Under the pieces are notes generated by a model. That model did not search any database. It was not told the DNA's origin and saw nothing but the letters and a program-made list of their open reading frames with translations. Of a DNA stretch of 64,000 nt, positions 1-16,400 are shown one piece after another. Source of the DNA: the human T2T-CHM13v2.0 reference genome, Homo sapiens; NCBI RefSeq assembly GCF_009914755.1, contig NC_060937.1; one strand, written 5' to 3'. The position numbers and the translations under genes were made by a program. The number at the start of each line of letters is the position of its first letter. The first letter of the stretch is position 1.

Positions 1-2899
1 ATATATTTTATACTGTACATGAAATTTCAAAGTTCACAAACTATATATTATATACTGTACTTAAAATATCAAAGTACCCAAGGTATATATTCTATACTGT
101 ACAAAAAATATCAAAGTACCTAAAGCATGTATTATATACTGTACATAAAATATGAAAGTACATCAAATATATATTTTATTCTGTTCATAAAATATCAAAG
201 TACACCAGATATATATTCTATAGTGTACATAAAATATCAAAGAACACAAACTATACATTATATACTGTACATAAAATATGAAATTACATCAAATATATAT
301 TAGGTACATAAAATATGAAAGTACATCAAATATAGATTATATACTGTACATAAAATATCAATGTACCCCAAATATATATTATATACTCTACATGAAATAT
401 CAAAGTTCACAAACTATATATTATATACTGTACATAAAATATCAAAGTACCCAAGGTATATATTCTATACTGTACAAAAAATATCAAAGTACCCAAAGCA
501 TGTATTATATACTGTATATAAAATATGAAAGTACATCAAATATATATTTTATTCTGTACATAAAATATCAAAGTACACCAGATATATATTCTATAGTGTA
601 CATAAAATAACAAAGTACACAAACTATACATTATATACTGTACATAAAATATGAAATTACATCAAATATATATTAGGTACATAAAATATGAAAGTACATC
701 AAATATAGATTATATACTGTACATCAAATATCAATGTACCCTAAATATATATTTTATACTATACATGAAATATCAAAGTTCACAAACCATATATTATATA
801 CTGTACATAAAATATCAAAGTACCCAAGGTATATATTCTATACTCTACAAAAATATCAAAGTACCCAAAGCATGTATTATATACTGTATATAAAATATGA
901 AAGTACATCAAATATATATTTTATTCTGTACATAAAATATCAAAGTACACCAGATATATATTCTATAGTGTACATAAAATAACAAAGTACACAAACTATA
1001 AATTATATACTGTACATAAAATATGAAATTACATCAAATATATATTAGGTACATAAAATATGAAAGTACATCAAATATAGAATATATACTGTACATAAAA
1101 TATCAAAGTACGCCAAATATATATTTTATACTGTACATGAAATATCAAAGTTCACAAACTATATATTATATACTGTACATAAAATATCAAAGTACCCAAG
1201 GTATATATTATATACTGTACAAAAAATATCAAAGTACCCAAAGCATGTATTATATACTGTACATAAAATATGAAGGTACATCAAATATATATTTTATTCT
1301 GTACAAAAAATATCAAGGTACACCAGATATATATTCTATAGTGTACATAAAATATCAAAGTACCCAAAGTATAAATTATATACTGTACATAAAATATGAA
1401 ATTACATCAAATATATATTATATTATGTACATAAAATATGAAAGTACATCAAATATAGATTATATAATGTACATTAAATACCAAAGTACCCCAAATATAT
1501 ATTTTATACTGTACATGAAATATCAAAGTTCACAAACTCTATATTATATACTGTACATAAAATATCAAAGTACCCAAGGTATATATTCTATACTGTACAA
1601 AAGATATCAAAGTACCCAAAGCATGTATTATATACTGTATATAAAATATGAAAGTACATCAAATATATATTTTATTCTGTACATAAAATATCAAAGTACA
1701 CCAATTATATATTCTATAGTGTACAAAAAATATCAAAGTATCCAAACTATTTATTATATACTGTAGATAAAATATGAAATTACATCAAATATATATTATA
1801 TTAGGTACATAAAATATGAAAGTACATCAAATATAGATTATATACTGTACATTAAATACCAAAGTACCCCAAATATATATTTTATACTGTACATGAAATA
1901 TCAAAGTTCACAAACTATATGTTATATACTGTACATAAAATATCAAAGTACCCAAGGTATATATTCTATACTGTACAAAAAATATCAAAGTACCAAAAGC
2001 ATGTATTTTATACTGTACCTAAAATATGAAAGTACATCAAATATATATTTTATTCTGTACATAAAATATCAAAGTACACAAGATATATATTCTATAGTGT
2101 ACATAAAATAGCAAAGTACACAAACTATAAATTATATACTATACATAAAATATGAAATTACATCAAATATATATTAGGTACATAAAATATGAAAGTACAT
2201 CAAATATAGATTATATACTGTACATTAAATACCAAAGTACCCCAAATATATATTTTATACTCTACATGAAATATCAAAGTTCACAAACCATATATTATAT
2301 ACTGTACATAAAATATCAAAGTACCCAAGGTATATATTCTATACTGTACAAAAAATATCAAAGTACCCAAAGCATGTAGTATATACTGTATATAAAATAT
2401 GAAAGTACATCAAATATATATTTTATTCTGTACAAAAAATATCAAAGTACACCAGACATATATTCTATAGTGTACATAAAATATCAAAGTACCCAAACTA
2501 TACATTATATACTGTACATAAAATATGAAATTACATCAAATATATTTTATATTAGGTACATAAAATATGAAAGTACATCAAATATAGATTATATACGGTA
2601 CATTAAATACCAAAGTACCCCAAATATATATTTTATACTGTACATGAAATATCAAAGTTCACAAACTATATATTATATACTGTACATATAATATCTAAGT
2701 ACCCGAGGTATATATTCTATATTGTACAAAAAAAATCAAAGTACCAAAAGCATGTATTATATACTGTACCTAAAATATGAAAGTACATCAAATATATATT
2801 TTATTCTGCACATAAAATATCAAAGTACACCAGATACATATTCTATAGTGTACATAAAATATCAACGTACCCAAACTATACATTATATACTGTACATAA

Positions 2900-5800
2900 A
2901 ATATGAAATTACATCAAATATATATTAGGTACATAAAATATGAAAGTACATCAAATATAGATTATATACTGTACATAAAATATCAAAGTACCCCAAACAT
3001 ATATTATATACTGTACATGAAATATCAAAGTTCACAAACTATATATTATATACTGTACATAAAATATCAAAATACCCAAGGTATATATTCTATACTGTAC
3101 AAAAGATATCAAAGTACCCAAAGCATGTATTATATACTGTACATAAAATATGAAAGTACATCAAATATATATTTTATTCTGTACATAAAATATCAAAGTA
3201 CACCAGATATATATTCTATAATGTACATAAAATATCAAAGTACCCAAAATATTTATTATATACTGTACATAAAATGTGAAATTACATCAAATATACATTA
3301 TATTAGGTACATAAAATATGAAAGTACATCACATATATAGATTATATGCTGTACATTAAATACCAAAGTACCCCAAATATATATTTTATACTCTACATGA
3401 AATATCAAAGTTCACAACCATACATTATATACTGTACATAAAATATCAAAGTACCCAAGGTATATATTCTATACTTTACAAAAAATATCAAACTACCCAA
3501 AGCATGTATTATATACTGTACATAAAATATGAAAGTACATCAAATATATATTTTATTCTGTACATATAATATCAAAGTACACCAGATACGTATTCTATAG
3601 TGTACATAAAATATCAAAGTACCCAAACTATACATTATATACTGTACATAAAATACGAAATTACATCAAATATATATTAGGTACATAAAATATGAAAGTA
3701 CATCAAATATAGATTATATACTGTACATAAAATATCAAAGTACCCCAAATATATATTATATACTGTATATGAAATATCAAAGTTCACAAACTATATATTA
3801 TATACTGTACATAAAATATCAAAGTACCCAAGGTATATATTCTATACTGTACAAAAAATATGAAAGTACCCAATGCATGTATTATATACTGTACATAAAA
3901 TATGAAAGTACATCAAATATATATTTTATTCTGTACATAAAATATCAAAGTACACCAGATATATATTCTATAGTGTACATAAAATATCAAAATACCCAAA
4001 CTATACATTATATACAGTACATAAATTATGAAATTACATCAAATATATATTATATTAGGTACATAAAATATGAAAGTACATCAAATATAGATTATATACT
4101 GTACATTAAATATCAAAGTACCCCAAATATATATTTTATACTGTACATGAAATTTCAAAGTTCACCAACTATATATTATATACTGTACATAAAATATCAA
4201 AGTACCCAAGGTATATATTCTATACTGTACAAAAAATATCAAAGTACCCAAATCATGTATTATAAACTGTACATAAAATATGAAAGTACATCAAATATAT
4301 ATTTTATTCTGTACATAAAATATCAAAGTACACCAGATATATATTCTATAGTGTACATAAAATATCAAAGTACCCAAACTATACATTATATACTGTACAT
4401 AAAATACGAAATTACATCAAATATATATTATAATAGGTACATAAAATATGAAAGTACATCAAATATAGATTATATACTGTACATTAAATTCCAAAGTACC
4501 CCAAATATATATTTTATACTGTACATGAAATATCAAAGTTCACAAACTATATATTATATACTGTACATAAAATATCAAAGTACCCAAGGTATATATTCTA
4601 TACTGTACAAAAAATATCAAAGTACCCAAATCATGTATTATAAACTGTACATAAAATATGAAAGTACATCAAATATATATTTTATTCTGTACATAATATA
4701 TCAAAGTACACCATATATTCTATAGTGTACATAAAATAACAAAGTACACAAACTATAAATTATATACTGTACATAAAATATGAAATTACATCAAATATAT
4801 ATTACGTACATAAAATATGAAAGTACATCTAATATAGATTATATACTGTACATAAAATATCAATGTACCCCAAATATATATTTTATACTCTACATGAAAT
4901 ATCAAAGTTCAGAAACCATACATTGTATACTGTACATAAAATATCAAAATACCCAAAGTATATATTCTACACTGTACAAAAAATATCAAAGTACCCAAAG
5001 CATGTATTATATACTGTACATAAAATATGAAAGTACATCAAATATATATTTTATTCTGTACAAAAAATATCAAAGTACACCAGACATATATTCTATAGTG
5101 TACATAAAATATCAAAGTACCCAAACTATACATTATATACTGTACATAAAATATGAAATTACATCAAATATATTTTATATTAGGTACATAAAATATGAAA
5201 GTACATCAAATATAGATTATATACGGTACATTAAATACCAAAGTACCCCAAGTATATATTTTATACTGTACATGAAATATCAAAATTCACAAACTATATA
5301 TTATATACTGTACATAAAATATCAAAGTACCCAAGGTATATATTCTATACTGTACAAAAAATATCAAAGTACCCAAAGCATGTATTATATACTGTATATA
5401 AAATATGAAAGTACATTACATATATATTTTATTCTGTACATAAAGTATCAAAGTACACCAGATATATATTCTATAGTGTACATAAAATAACAAAGTACAC
5501 AAACTATAAATTATATACTGTACATAAAATATGAAATTACATCAAATATATATTAGGTACATAAAATATGAAAGTACATCAAATATAGATTATATACTGT
5601 ACATAAAATATCAAAGTACCCCAAACATATATTATATACTGTACATGAAATATCAAAGTTCACAAACTATATATTATATACTGTACATAAAATATCAAAG
5701 TACCCAAGGTATATATTCTATACTGTACAAAAGATATCAAAGTACCCAAAGCATGTATTATATACTGTACATAAAATATGAAAGTACATCAAATATATAT

Positions 5801-7420
5801 TTTATTCTGTACATAAAATATCAAAGTACACCAGATATATATTCTATAATGTACATAAAATATCAAAGTACCCAAACTATTTATTATATACTGTACATAA
5901 AATATGAAATTACATCAAATATATATTATATTAGGTACATAAAATATGAAAGTACATCACATATATAGATTATATGCTGTACATTAAATACCAAAGTACC
6001 CCAAATATATATTTTATACTCTACATGAAATATCAAAGTTCACAACCATACATTATATACTGTACATAAAATATCAAAGTACCCAAGGTATATATTCTAT
6101 ACTTTACAAAAAATATCAAACTACCCAAAGCATGTATTATATACTGTACATAAAATATGAAAGTACATCAAATATATATTTTATTCTGTACATATAATAT
6201 CAAAGTACACCAGATATGTATTCTATAGTGTACATAAAATATCAAAGTACCCAAACTATACATTATATACTGTACATAAAATACGAAATTACATCAAATA
6301 TATATTATAATAGGTACATAAAATATGAAAGTACATCAAATATAGATTATATACTGTACATTAAATACCAAAGTACCCCAAATATATATTTTATACTGTA
6401 CATGAAATATCAAAGTTCACAAACTATATATTATATACTGTACATAAAATATCAAAGTACCCAAGGTATATATTCTATACTGTACAAAAAATATCAAAGT
6501 ACCCAAATCATGTATTATAAACTGTACATAAAATATGAAAGTACATCAAATATATATTTTATTCTGTACATAATATATCAAAGTACACCAGATATATATT
6601 CTATAGTGTACATAAAATAACAAAGTACACAAACTATAAATTATATACTGTACATAAAATATGAAATTACATCAAATATATATTACGTACATAAAATATG
6701 AAAGTACATCTAATATAGATTATATACTGTACATAAAATATCAATGTACCCCAAATATATATTTTATACTCTACATGAAATATCAAAGTTCAGAAACCAT
6801 ACATTGTATACTGTACATAAAATATCAAAATACCCAAAGTATATATTCTATACTGTACAAAAAATATCAAAGTACCCAAAGCATGTATTATATACTGTAC
6901 ATAAAATATGAAAGTACATCAAATATATATTTTATTCTGTACAAAAAATATCAAAGTACACCAGACATATATTCTATAGTGTACATAAAATATCAAAGTA
7001 CCCAAACTATACATTATATACTGTACATAAAATATGAAATTACATCAAATATATTTTATATTAGGTACATAAAATATGAAAGTACATCAAATATAGATTA
7101 TATACGGTACATTAAATACCAAAGTACCCCAAGTATATATTTTATACTGTACATGAAATATCAAAATTCACAAACTATATATTATATACTGTACATAAAA
7201 TATCAAAGTACCCAAGGTATATATTCTATACTGTACAAAAAATATCAAAGTACCCAAAGCATGTATTATATACTGTATATAAAATATGAAAGTACATTAC
7301 ATATATATTTTATTCTGTACATAAAGTATCAAAGTACACCAGATATATATTCTATAGTGTACATAAAATAACAAAGTACACAAACTATAAATTATATACT
7401 GTACATAAAATATGAAATTA
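2900..7420 (+). repeat. Nested duplication of a 2628-bp (7-HOR) unit whose second copy lacks 751 bp
   Basis: ORFs 2903/5531 are offset by 2628; ORFs 4780/6661 by 1881 (1877 before a 4-bp deletion at about 4712). The marker TACGAAATT has its C at 3656, 4407 and 6284. Confidence 0.8.
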
Positions 7421-10400
7421 CATCAAATATATATTAGGTACATAAAATATGAAAGTACATCAAATATAGTTTATATACTGTACATATAATATCAATGTAC
7501 CCCAAATATATATTTTATACTCTACATGAAATATCAAAGTTCACAAACCATACATTATATACTGTACATAAAATATCAAAGTACCCAAGGTATATATTCT
7601 ATACTTTACAAAAAATATCAAAGTACCCAAAGCATGTATTATATACTGTACATAAAATATGAAAGTACATCAAATATATATTTTATTCTGTACATAAAAT
7701 ATCAAAGTACACCAGATATATATTCTATAGTGTACATAAAATATCAAAGTACCCAAACTATACATTATATACTGTACATAAAACATGAAATTACATCAAA
7801 TATATATTAGGTACATAAAATATGAAAGTACATCAAATATAGATTATATACTGTACATAAAATATCAAAGTACCCCAAATATATATTATATACTGTATAT
7901 GAAATATCAAAGTTCACAAACTATATATTATATACTGTACATAAAATATCAAAGTACCCAAGGTATATATTCTATACTGTACAAAAAATATCAAAGTACC
8001 CAAAGCATGTATTATATACTGTACATAAAATATGAAAGTACATCAAATATATATTTTATTCTGTACATAATATATCAAAGTACACCAGATATATATTCTA
8101 TAGTGTACATAAAATAACAAAGTACAAAAACTATAAATTATATACTGTACATAAAATATGAAATTACATCAAATACATATTAGGTACATAAAATATGAAA
8201 GTATATCAAATATAGATTATATACTGTACATAAAGGATCAATGTACCCCAAATATATATTTTATACTCTACATGAAATATCAAAGTTCACAAACCATATA
8301 TTATATACTGTACATAAAATATCAAAGTACCCAAGGTATATATTCTATACTGTACAAAAAATACCTAAGTACCCAAAGCATGTATTATATACTGTACATA
8401 AAATATGAAAGTACATCAAATATATATTTTATTCTGTATATGAAATATCAAAGTACCCAAAACATGTATTATATACTGTACATAAAATATGAAAGTACAT
8501 CAAATATATATTTTATTCTGTAGATGAAATATCAAAGTTCACCAGATATATATTCTATAGTGTACATAAAATATCAAAGTACCCAAACTATACATTATAT
8601 ACTGTACATAAAATATGAAATTACATCAAATATATATTATATTAGGTACATAAAATATGAAAGTACATCAAATATAGATTATATACTGTACATAAAATAT
8701 CAAAGTACCCCAAATATATATTATATACTCTACATGAAATTTCAAAGTTCACAAACTATATATTATATACTGTACATAAAATATCAAAGTACCCAAGGTA
8801 TATATTCTATAATGTACAAAAAATATCAAAGTAACCAAAGCGTGTATTATATACTGTATATAAAATATGAAATTACATCAAATATATATTTTATTCTGTA
8901 CATAAAATATCAAAGTACACCAGATATATATTCTATATTGTACATAAAATATCAAAGTACCCAAATTATACAGTATATACTGTACATAAAATATGAAATT
9001 ACATCAAATATATATTATATTAGGTGCACAAAATACGAAAGTACATCAAATATAGATTATATACTGTACATAAAATATCAAATTACCCCAAATATATATT
9101 ACATACTCTACATGAAATATCAAAGTTCACAAACTATGTATTATATACTGTACCTAAAATATCAAAGTACCCAAGGTACATATTCTATACTGTACAAAAA
9201 ATATCAAAGTACCCAAAGCATGTATTATATACTGTATATAAAATATGAAAGTACATCAAATATATATTTTATTCTGTACATAAAATATCAAAGTACACCA
9301 GATATATATTCTATAGTGTACATAAAATAACAAAGTACAAAAACTATAAATTATATACTGTATATAAAATATGAAATTTCATCAAATACGTATTAGGTAC
9401 ATAAAATATGAAAGTACATCAAATATAGATTATATACTGTACATAAAATATCAATGTACCCCAAATATATATTTTATACTCTACATGAAATATCAAAGAT
9501 CAGAAACCATATCTTATATACTGTACATAAAATATCAAAGTACCCAAGATATATATTCTATACTGTACAAAAAATATCAAAGTACCCAAAGCATGTATTA
9601 TATACTGTACATAAAATATGAAAGTATATCAAATATATATTTTATTCTGTACATAAAATATCAAAGTACAGCAGATATATATTCTATAGGGTACATAAAA
9701 TAGCAAAGTACCCAAACTTTACATTATATACTGTAGATAAAATATGAAATTACATCAGATATATATTATATTAGGTACATAAAATATGAAAGTACATCAA
9801 ATATAGATTATATACTGTACATTAAATACCAAAGTACCCCAAATATATATTTTATACTGTACATGAAATTTCAAAGTTCACAAACTATATATTATATACT
9901 GCACATAAAATATCAAAGTACCCAAGGTATATATTCTATACTGTACAAAAAATATCAAAGTACACAAAGCATGTATTATACACTGTACATAAAATATGAA
10001 AGTACATCAAATATATATTTTATTCTGTACATAAAATATCACAGTACACCAGATATATATTCTATAGTGTACATAAAATATCAAATTACCCAAACTATAC
10101 ATTATATACTGTACGTAAAATATGAAATTACATCAAATATATATTATATTAGATACATAAAATATGAAAGTACATCAAATATAGATTATATACTATACAT
10201 AAAATATCAAAGTACCCCAAATATATATTATGTACTCTACATGAAATATCAAAGTTCACAAACTATATATTATATACTGTACATAAAATATCAAAGTACC
10301 CAAGGTATATATTCTATACTGTGCAAAAAATATCAAAGTGCCCAAAGCATGTATTATATACTGTATATAAAATATGAAAGTACATCAAATATATATTTTA

Positions 10401-13400
10401 TTCTGTACATAAAATGTCAAAGTACACCAGATATATATTCTATAGTTTACATAAAATAACAAAGTACACAAAGTATAAATTATATACTGTACATAAAATA
10501 TGAAATTACATCAAATATATATTAGGTACATAAAATATGAAAGTACATCAAATATAGATTATATACTGTACATAAAATATCAATGTACCCCAAATATATA
10601 TTTTATACTCTACATGAAATATCAAAGTTCACAAACCATATATTATATACTTTACATAAAATATCAAAGTACCCAAGGTATATATTCTATACTGTACAAA
10701 AAATATCAAAGTAACCAAAGCATGTATTATATACTGTACATAAAATATGAAAGTATATCAAATATATATTTTATTCTGTACATAAAATATCAAAGTACAC
10801 CAGATATATATTCTATAGTGTACATAAAATATCAAAGTACCCAAACAATACATAATATACTGTACATAAAATATGAAATTACATCAAATATATATTATAT
10901 TAGGTACATAAAATATGAAAGTACATCAAATATAGATTATATACTGTACATTAAATACCAAAGTACCCCAAATATATATTTTATACTGTACATGAAATTT
11001 CAAAGTTCACAAACTATATATTATATACTGTACATAAAATATCAAAGTATCCAAGGTATATATTCTATACTGTACAAAAAATATCAAAGTACCCAAAGCA
11101 TGTATTATATTCTGTACATAAAATATGAAAGTACATCAAATATATATTTTATTCTGTACATAAAATATCAAAGTACACCAGATATATATTCTATAGTGTA
11201 CATAAAATATCAAAGTACACAAACTATACATTATATACTGTACATAAAATATGAAATTACATCAAATATATATTAGGTACATAAAATATGAAAGTACATC
11301 AAATATAGATTATATACTGTACATAAAATATCAAAGTACCCCAAATATATATTATATACTCTAAATGAAATATCAAATTTCACAAACTATATATTATATA
11401 CTGTACATAAAATATCAAAGTACCCAAGGTATATATTCTATACTGTATAAAAAATATCAAAGTACCCAAAGCATGTATTATATACTGTATATAAAATATG
11501 AAAGTACATCAAATATATATATTATTCTGTACACAAAATATCAAAATACACCAGATATATATTCTATAGTGTACATAAAATAACAAAGTACAAAAAGTAT
11601 AAATTATGTACTGTACATAAAATATGAAATTACATCAAATATATATTAGGTACATAAAATATGAAAGTACATCAAATATAGATTATATACTGTACATAAA
11701 ATATCAATGTACCCCAAATATATATTTTATACTGTACATGAAATATCAAAGTTCACAAACCATATATTATATACTGTACATAAAATATCAAAGTACCCAA
11801 GGTATATATTCTATACTATACAAAAAATATCAAAGTACCCAAAGCATGTATTATATACTGTACATAAAATATGAAATCACATCAAATATATATTTTATTC
11901 TGTACATAAAATATTAAAGTACACCAGATATATATTCTATAGTGTACATAAAATATCAAAGTACCCAAACTATACATTGTATACTGTACATAAAATATGA
12001 AATTACAACAAATATATATTATATTAGGTACATAAAATATGAAAGTACATCAAATATAGATTATATACTGTACATAAAATATCAAAGCACCCCAAATATA
12101 TATTATATACTCTACATGAAATATAAAAGTTCACAAACTATATATTATATACTGTACATAAAATATCAAAGTACCCAAGGTATATATTCTATAATGTACA
12201 AAAAATATCAAAGTACCCAAAGCGTGTATTATATACTGTATATAAAATATGAAATTACATCAAATATATATTTTATTCTGTACATAAAATATCAAAGTAC
12301 ACCAGATATATATTCTATAGTGTACATAAAATATCAAAGTACCCAAACTATACATTATATACTGTACATAAAATATGAAATTACATCAAATATATATTAG
12401 GTACATAAAATATGAAAGTACATCAAATATAGATTATATACTGTACATTAAATATAAATGTACCACAAATATATATTTTATACTGTACATGAAATATCAA
12501 AGTTCACAAACTATATATTATATACTGTACATAAAATATCAAAGTACCCAAGGTATATATTCTATACTGTACAAAAAATATCAAAGTACCTAAAGCATGT
12601 ATTATATACTGTACATAAAATATGAAAGTACATCAAATATATATTTTATTCTGTACATAAAATATCAAAGTACACCAGATATATATTCTATAGTGTACAT
12701 AAAATATCAAAGTACCCAAACTATACATTATATACTGTACATAAAATATGAAATTATATCAAATATACTTTATATTAGGTACATAAAATATGAAAGTACA
12801 TCAAATATAGATTATATACTGTACATTAAATACCAAAGTACCCCAAATATATATTTTATACTGTACATGAAATATCAAAGTTCACAAACTATATATTATA
12901 TAGTGTACATAAAATATCAAAGTACCCGAGGTATATATTCTATACTGTACAAAAAATAACAAAGTACCAAAAGCATGTATTATATACTGTACATAAAATA
13001 TGAAAGTACATCAAATATATATTTTATTCTGTACATAAAATATGAAATTACACCAGATATATATTCTATAGTGTACATAAAATATCAAAGTACCCAAACT
13101 ATACATTATATACTGTACATAAAATATGAAATTACATCAAATATATACTAGGTACATAAAATATGAAAGGACATCAAATATAGATTATATACTGTACATA
13201 AAATATCAAAGTACCCCAAATATATATTATATACTGTATATGAAATATCAAAGTTCACAAACTATATATTATATACTGTACATAAAATATGAAAGTACAC
13301 AAGGTATATATTCTATACTGTACAACAAATATCAAAGTACCCAAAGCATGTATTATATACTGTACATAAAATATGAAAGTACATCAAATATATATTTTAT

Positions 13401-16400
13401 TCTGTACATAAAATATCAAAGTACACCAGATATATATTCTATAGTGTACATAAAATAACAAAGTACACAAACTATAAATTATATACTGTACATAAAATAT
13501 GAAATTACATCAAATATATATTAGGTACCTAAAATATGAAAGTACATCAAATATAGATTATATACTGTACATTAAATATCAATGTACCCCAAATATATAT
13601 TTTATACTCTACATGAAATATCAAAGTTCACAAACTATATATTATATACTGTACATAAAATATCAAAGTACCCAAGGTATATATTCTATACTGTACAAAA
13701 AATATTAAATTACCCAAAGCATGCATTATATACTGTATATAAAATATGAAAGTACATCAAATATATATTTTATTCTGTACATAAGATATCAAAGTACACC
13801 AGATATATATTCTATCGTGTACATAAAATAACAAATTACAAAAACTATAAATTATATACTGTACATAAAATATGAAATTACATCAAATACATATTAGGTA
13901 CATAAAATATGAAAGAACATCAAATATAGATTATATACTGTACAAAAGATATCAATGTACCCCAAATATATATTTTATACTCTACATGAAATATCAAAGT
14001 TCACAAACCATATATTGTATACTGTACATAAAATATCAAAGTACCCAAGGTATATATTCTATACTGTACAAAAAATATCAAAGTACCCAAAGCATGTATT
14101 ATATACTGTACATAAAATATGAAAGTATATCAAATATATATTTTATTCTGTACATAAAATATCAAAGTACACCAGATATATATTCTATAGTGTAGATAAA
14201 ATATAAAAGTACCCAAACTATACATTATATACTGTAAATAAAATATGAAATTACATCAAATATATTTTATATTAGGTACATAAAATATGAAAGTACATCA
14301 AATATAGAGTATATACTGTACATTAAATACCAAAGTACCCCAAATATATATTTTATACTGTACATGAAATATCAAAGTTCACAAACTATATATTATATAC
14401 TGTACATATAATATCAAAGTACCCGAGGTATATATTCTATAATGTACAAAAAATAACAAAGTACTAAAAGCATGTATTATATACTGTACCTAAAATATGA
14501 AAGTACATCAAATATATATTTTATTCTGTACATAAAATATCAAAGTACACCAGATATATATTCTATAGTGTACATAAAATATCAAAGTACCCAAACTATA
14601 CATTATATACTGTACATAAAATATGAAATTACATCAAATATATACTAGGTACATAAAATATGAAAGTACATCAAATATAGATTAAATACTGTACATAAAA
14701 TAGCAAAGTACCCCAAATATATATTATATACTGTATATGAAATATCAAAGTTCACAAACTATATATTATATACTGTACATAAAATATCAAAGTACCCAAG
14801 GTATATATTCTATACTGTACAAAAAATATCAAAGTACCCAAAGCATGTATTATATACAGTACATAAAATACGAAAGTACATCAAATATACCTTTTATTCT
14901 GTACATAATATATCAAAGTACACCAGATATATATACTATAGTGTACATAAAATAACAAAGTACAAAAACTATAAATTATATACTGTACATAAAATATGAA
15001 ATTACATCAAATACATATTAGGTACATAAAATATGAAAGTACATCAAATATAGATTATATACTGTACATAAAATATCAATGTACCCCAAATATATATTTT
15101 ATACTCTACATGAAATATCAAAGTTCACAAACCATATATTATATACTGTACATAAAATATCAAAGTACCCAAGGTATATATTGTACACTGTACAAAAAAT
15201 ACCAAAGTACCCAAAGCATGTATTATATACTGTACATAAAATATGAAAGTACATCAAATATATATTTTATTCTGTACATGAAATATCAAAGTACCGAAAA
15301 CATGTATTATATACTGTACATACAATATGAAAGTACATCAAATATATATTTTATTCTGTACATGAAATATCGAAGTATACCAGATATATATTCTATAGTG
15401 TACATAAAATATCAAAGTACCCAAACTATACATTATATACTGTTCATAAAATATGAAATTACATCAAATATATATTATATTAGGTACATAAAATATGAAA
15501 GTACATCAAATATAGATTATATACTGTACATAAAATATCAAAGTACCCCAAATATATATTATATACTCTACATGAAATTTCAAAGTTCACAAACTATATA
15601 TTATATACTGGACATAAAATATCAAAGTACCCAAGGTATATATTCTATAATGTACAAAAAATGTCAAAGTAACCAAAGCGTGTATTATATACTGTATATA
15701 AAATATGAAATTACATCAAATATATATTTTATTCTGTACATAAAATATCAAAGTACACCAGATATATATTCTATACTGTACATAAAATATCAAAGTACCC
15801 AATCTATACAGTATATACTGTACATAAAATATGAAATTACATCAAATATATATTATATTAGGTACATAAAATACGAATGTACATCAAATATAGATTATAT
15901 ACTGTACATAAAATATCAAAGTACCCCAAATATATATTACATACTCTACATGAAATATCAAAGTTCACAAACTATATATTATATACTGTACCTAAAATAT
16001 CAAAGTACCCAACGTACATATTCTATACTGTACAAAAAATATCAAAGTACCCAAAGCATGTATTATATACTGTATATAAAATATGAAAGTACATCAAATA
16101 TATATTTTATTCTGTACATAAAATATCAAAGTACACCAGATATATATTCTATAGTGTACATAAAATATCAAAGTACCCAAACTATACATTATATACTGTA
16201 CATAAAATATGAAATTACATCAAATATATTTTATATTAGGTACATAAAATATGAAAGTACATCAAATGTAGATTATATACTGTACATAAAATATCAATGT
16301 ACCCCAAATATATATTTTATACTCTACATGAAATATCAAAGTTCAGAAACCATATCTTATATACTGTACATAAAATATCAAAGTACCCAAGGTATATATT

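Noticed and set aside
990-1010. TATA-box-like TATAAA in the m6 variant (and many TATATA runs) as promoters
   Set aside because: Expected by chance in such AT-rich repeats; no other promoter context.
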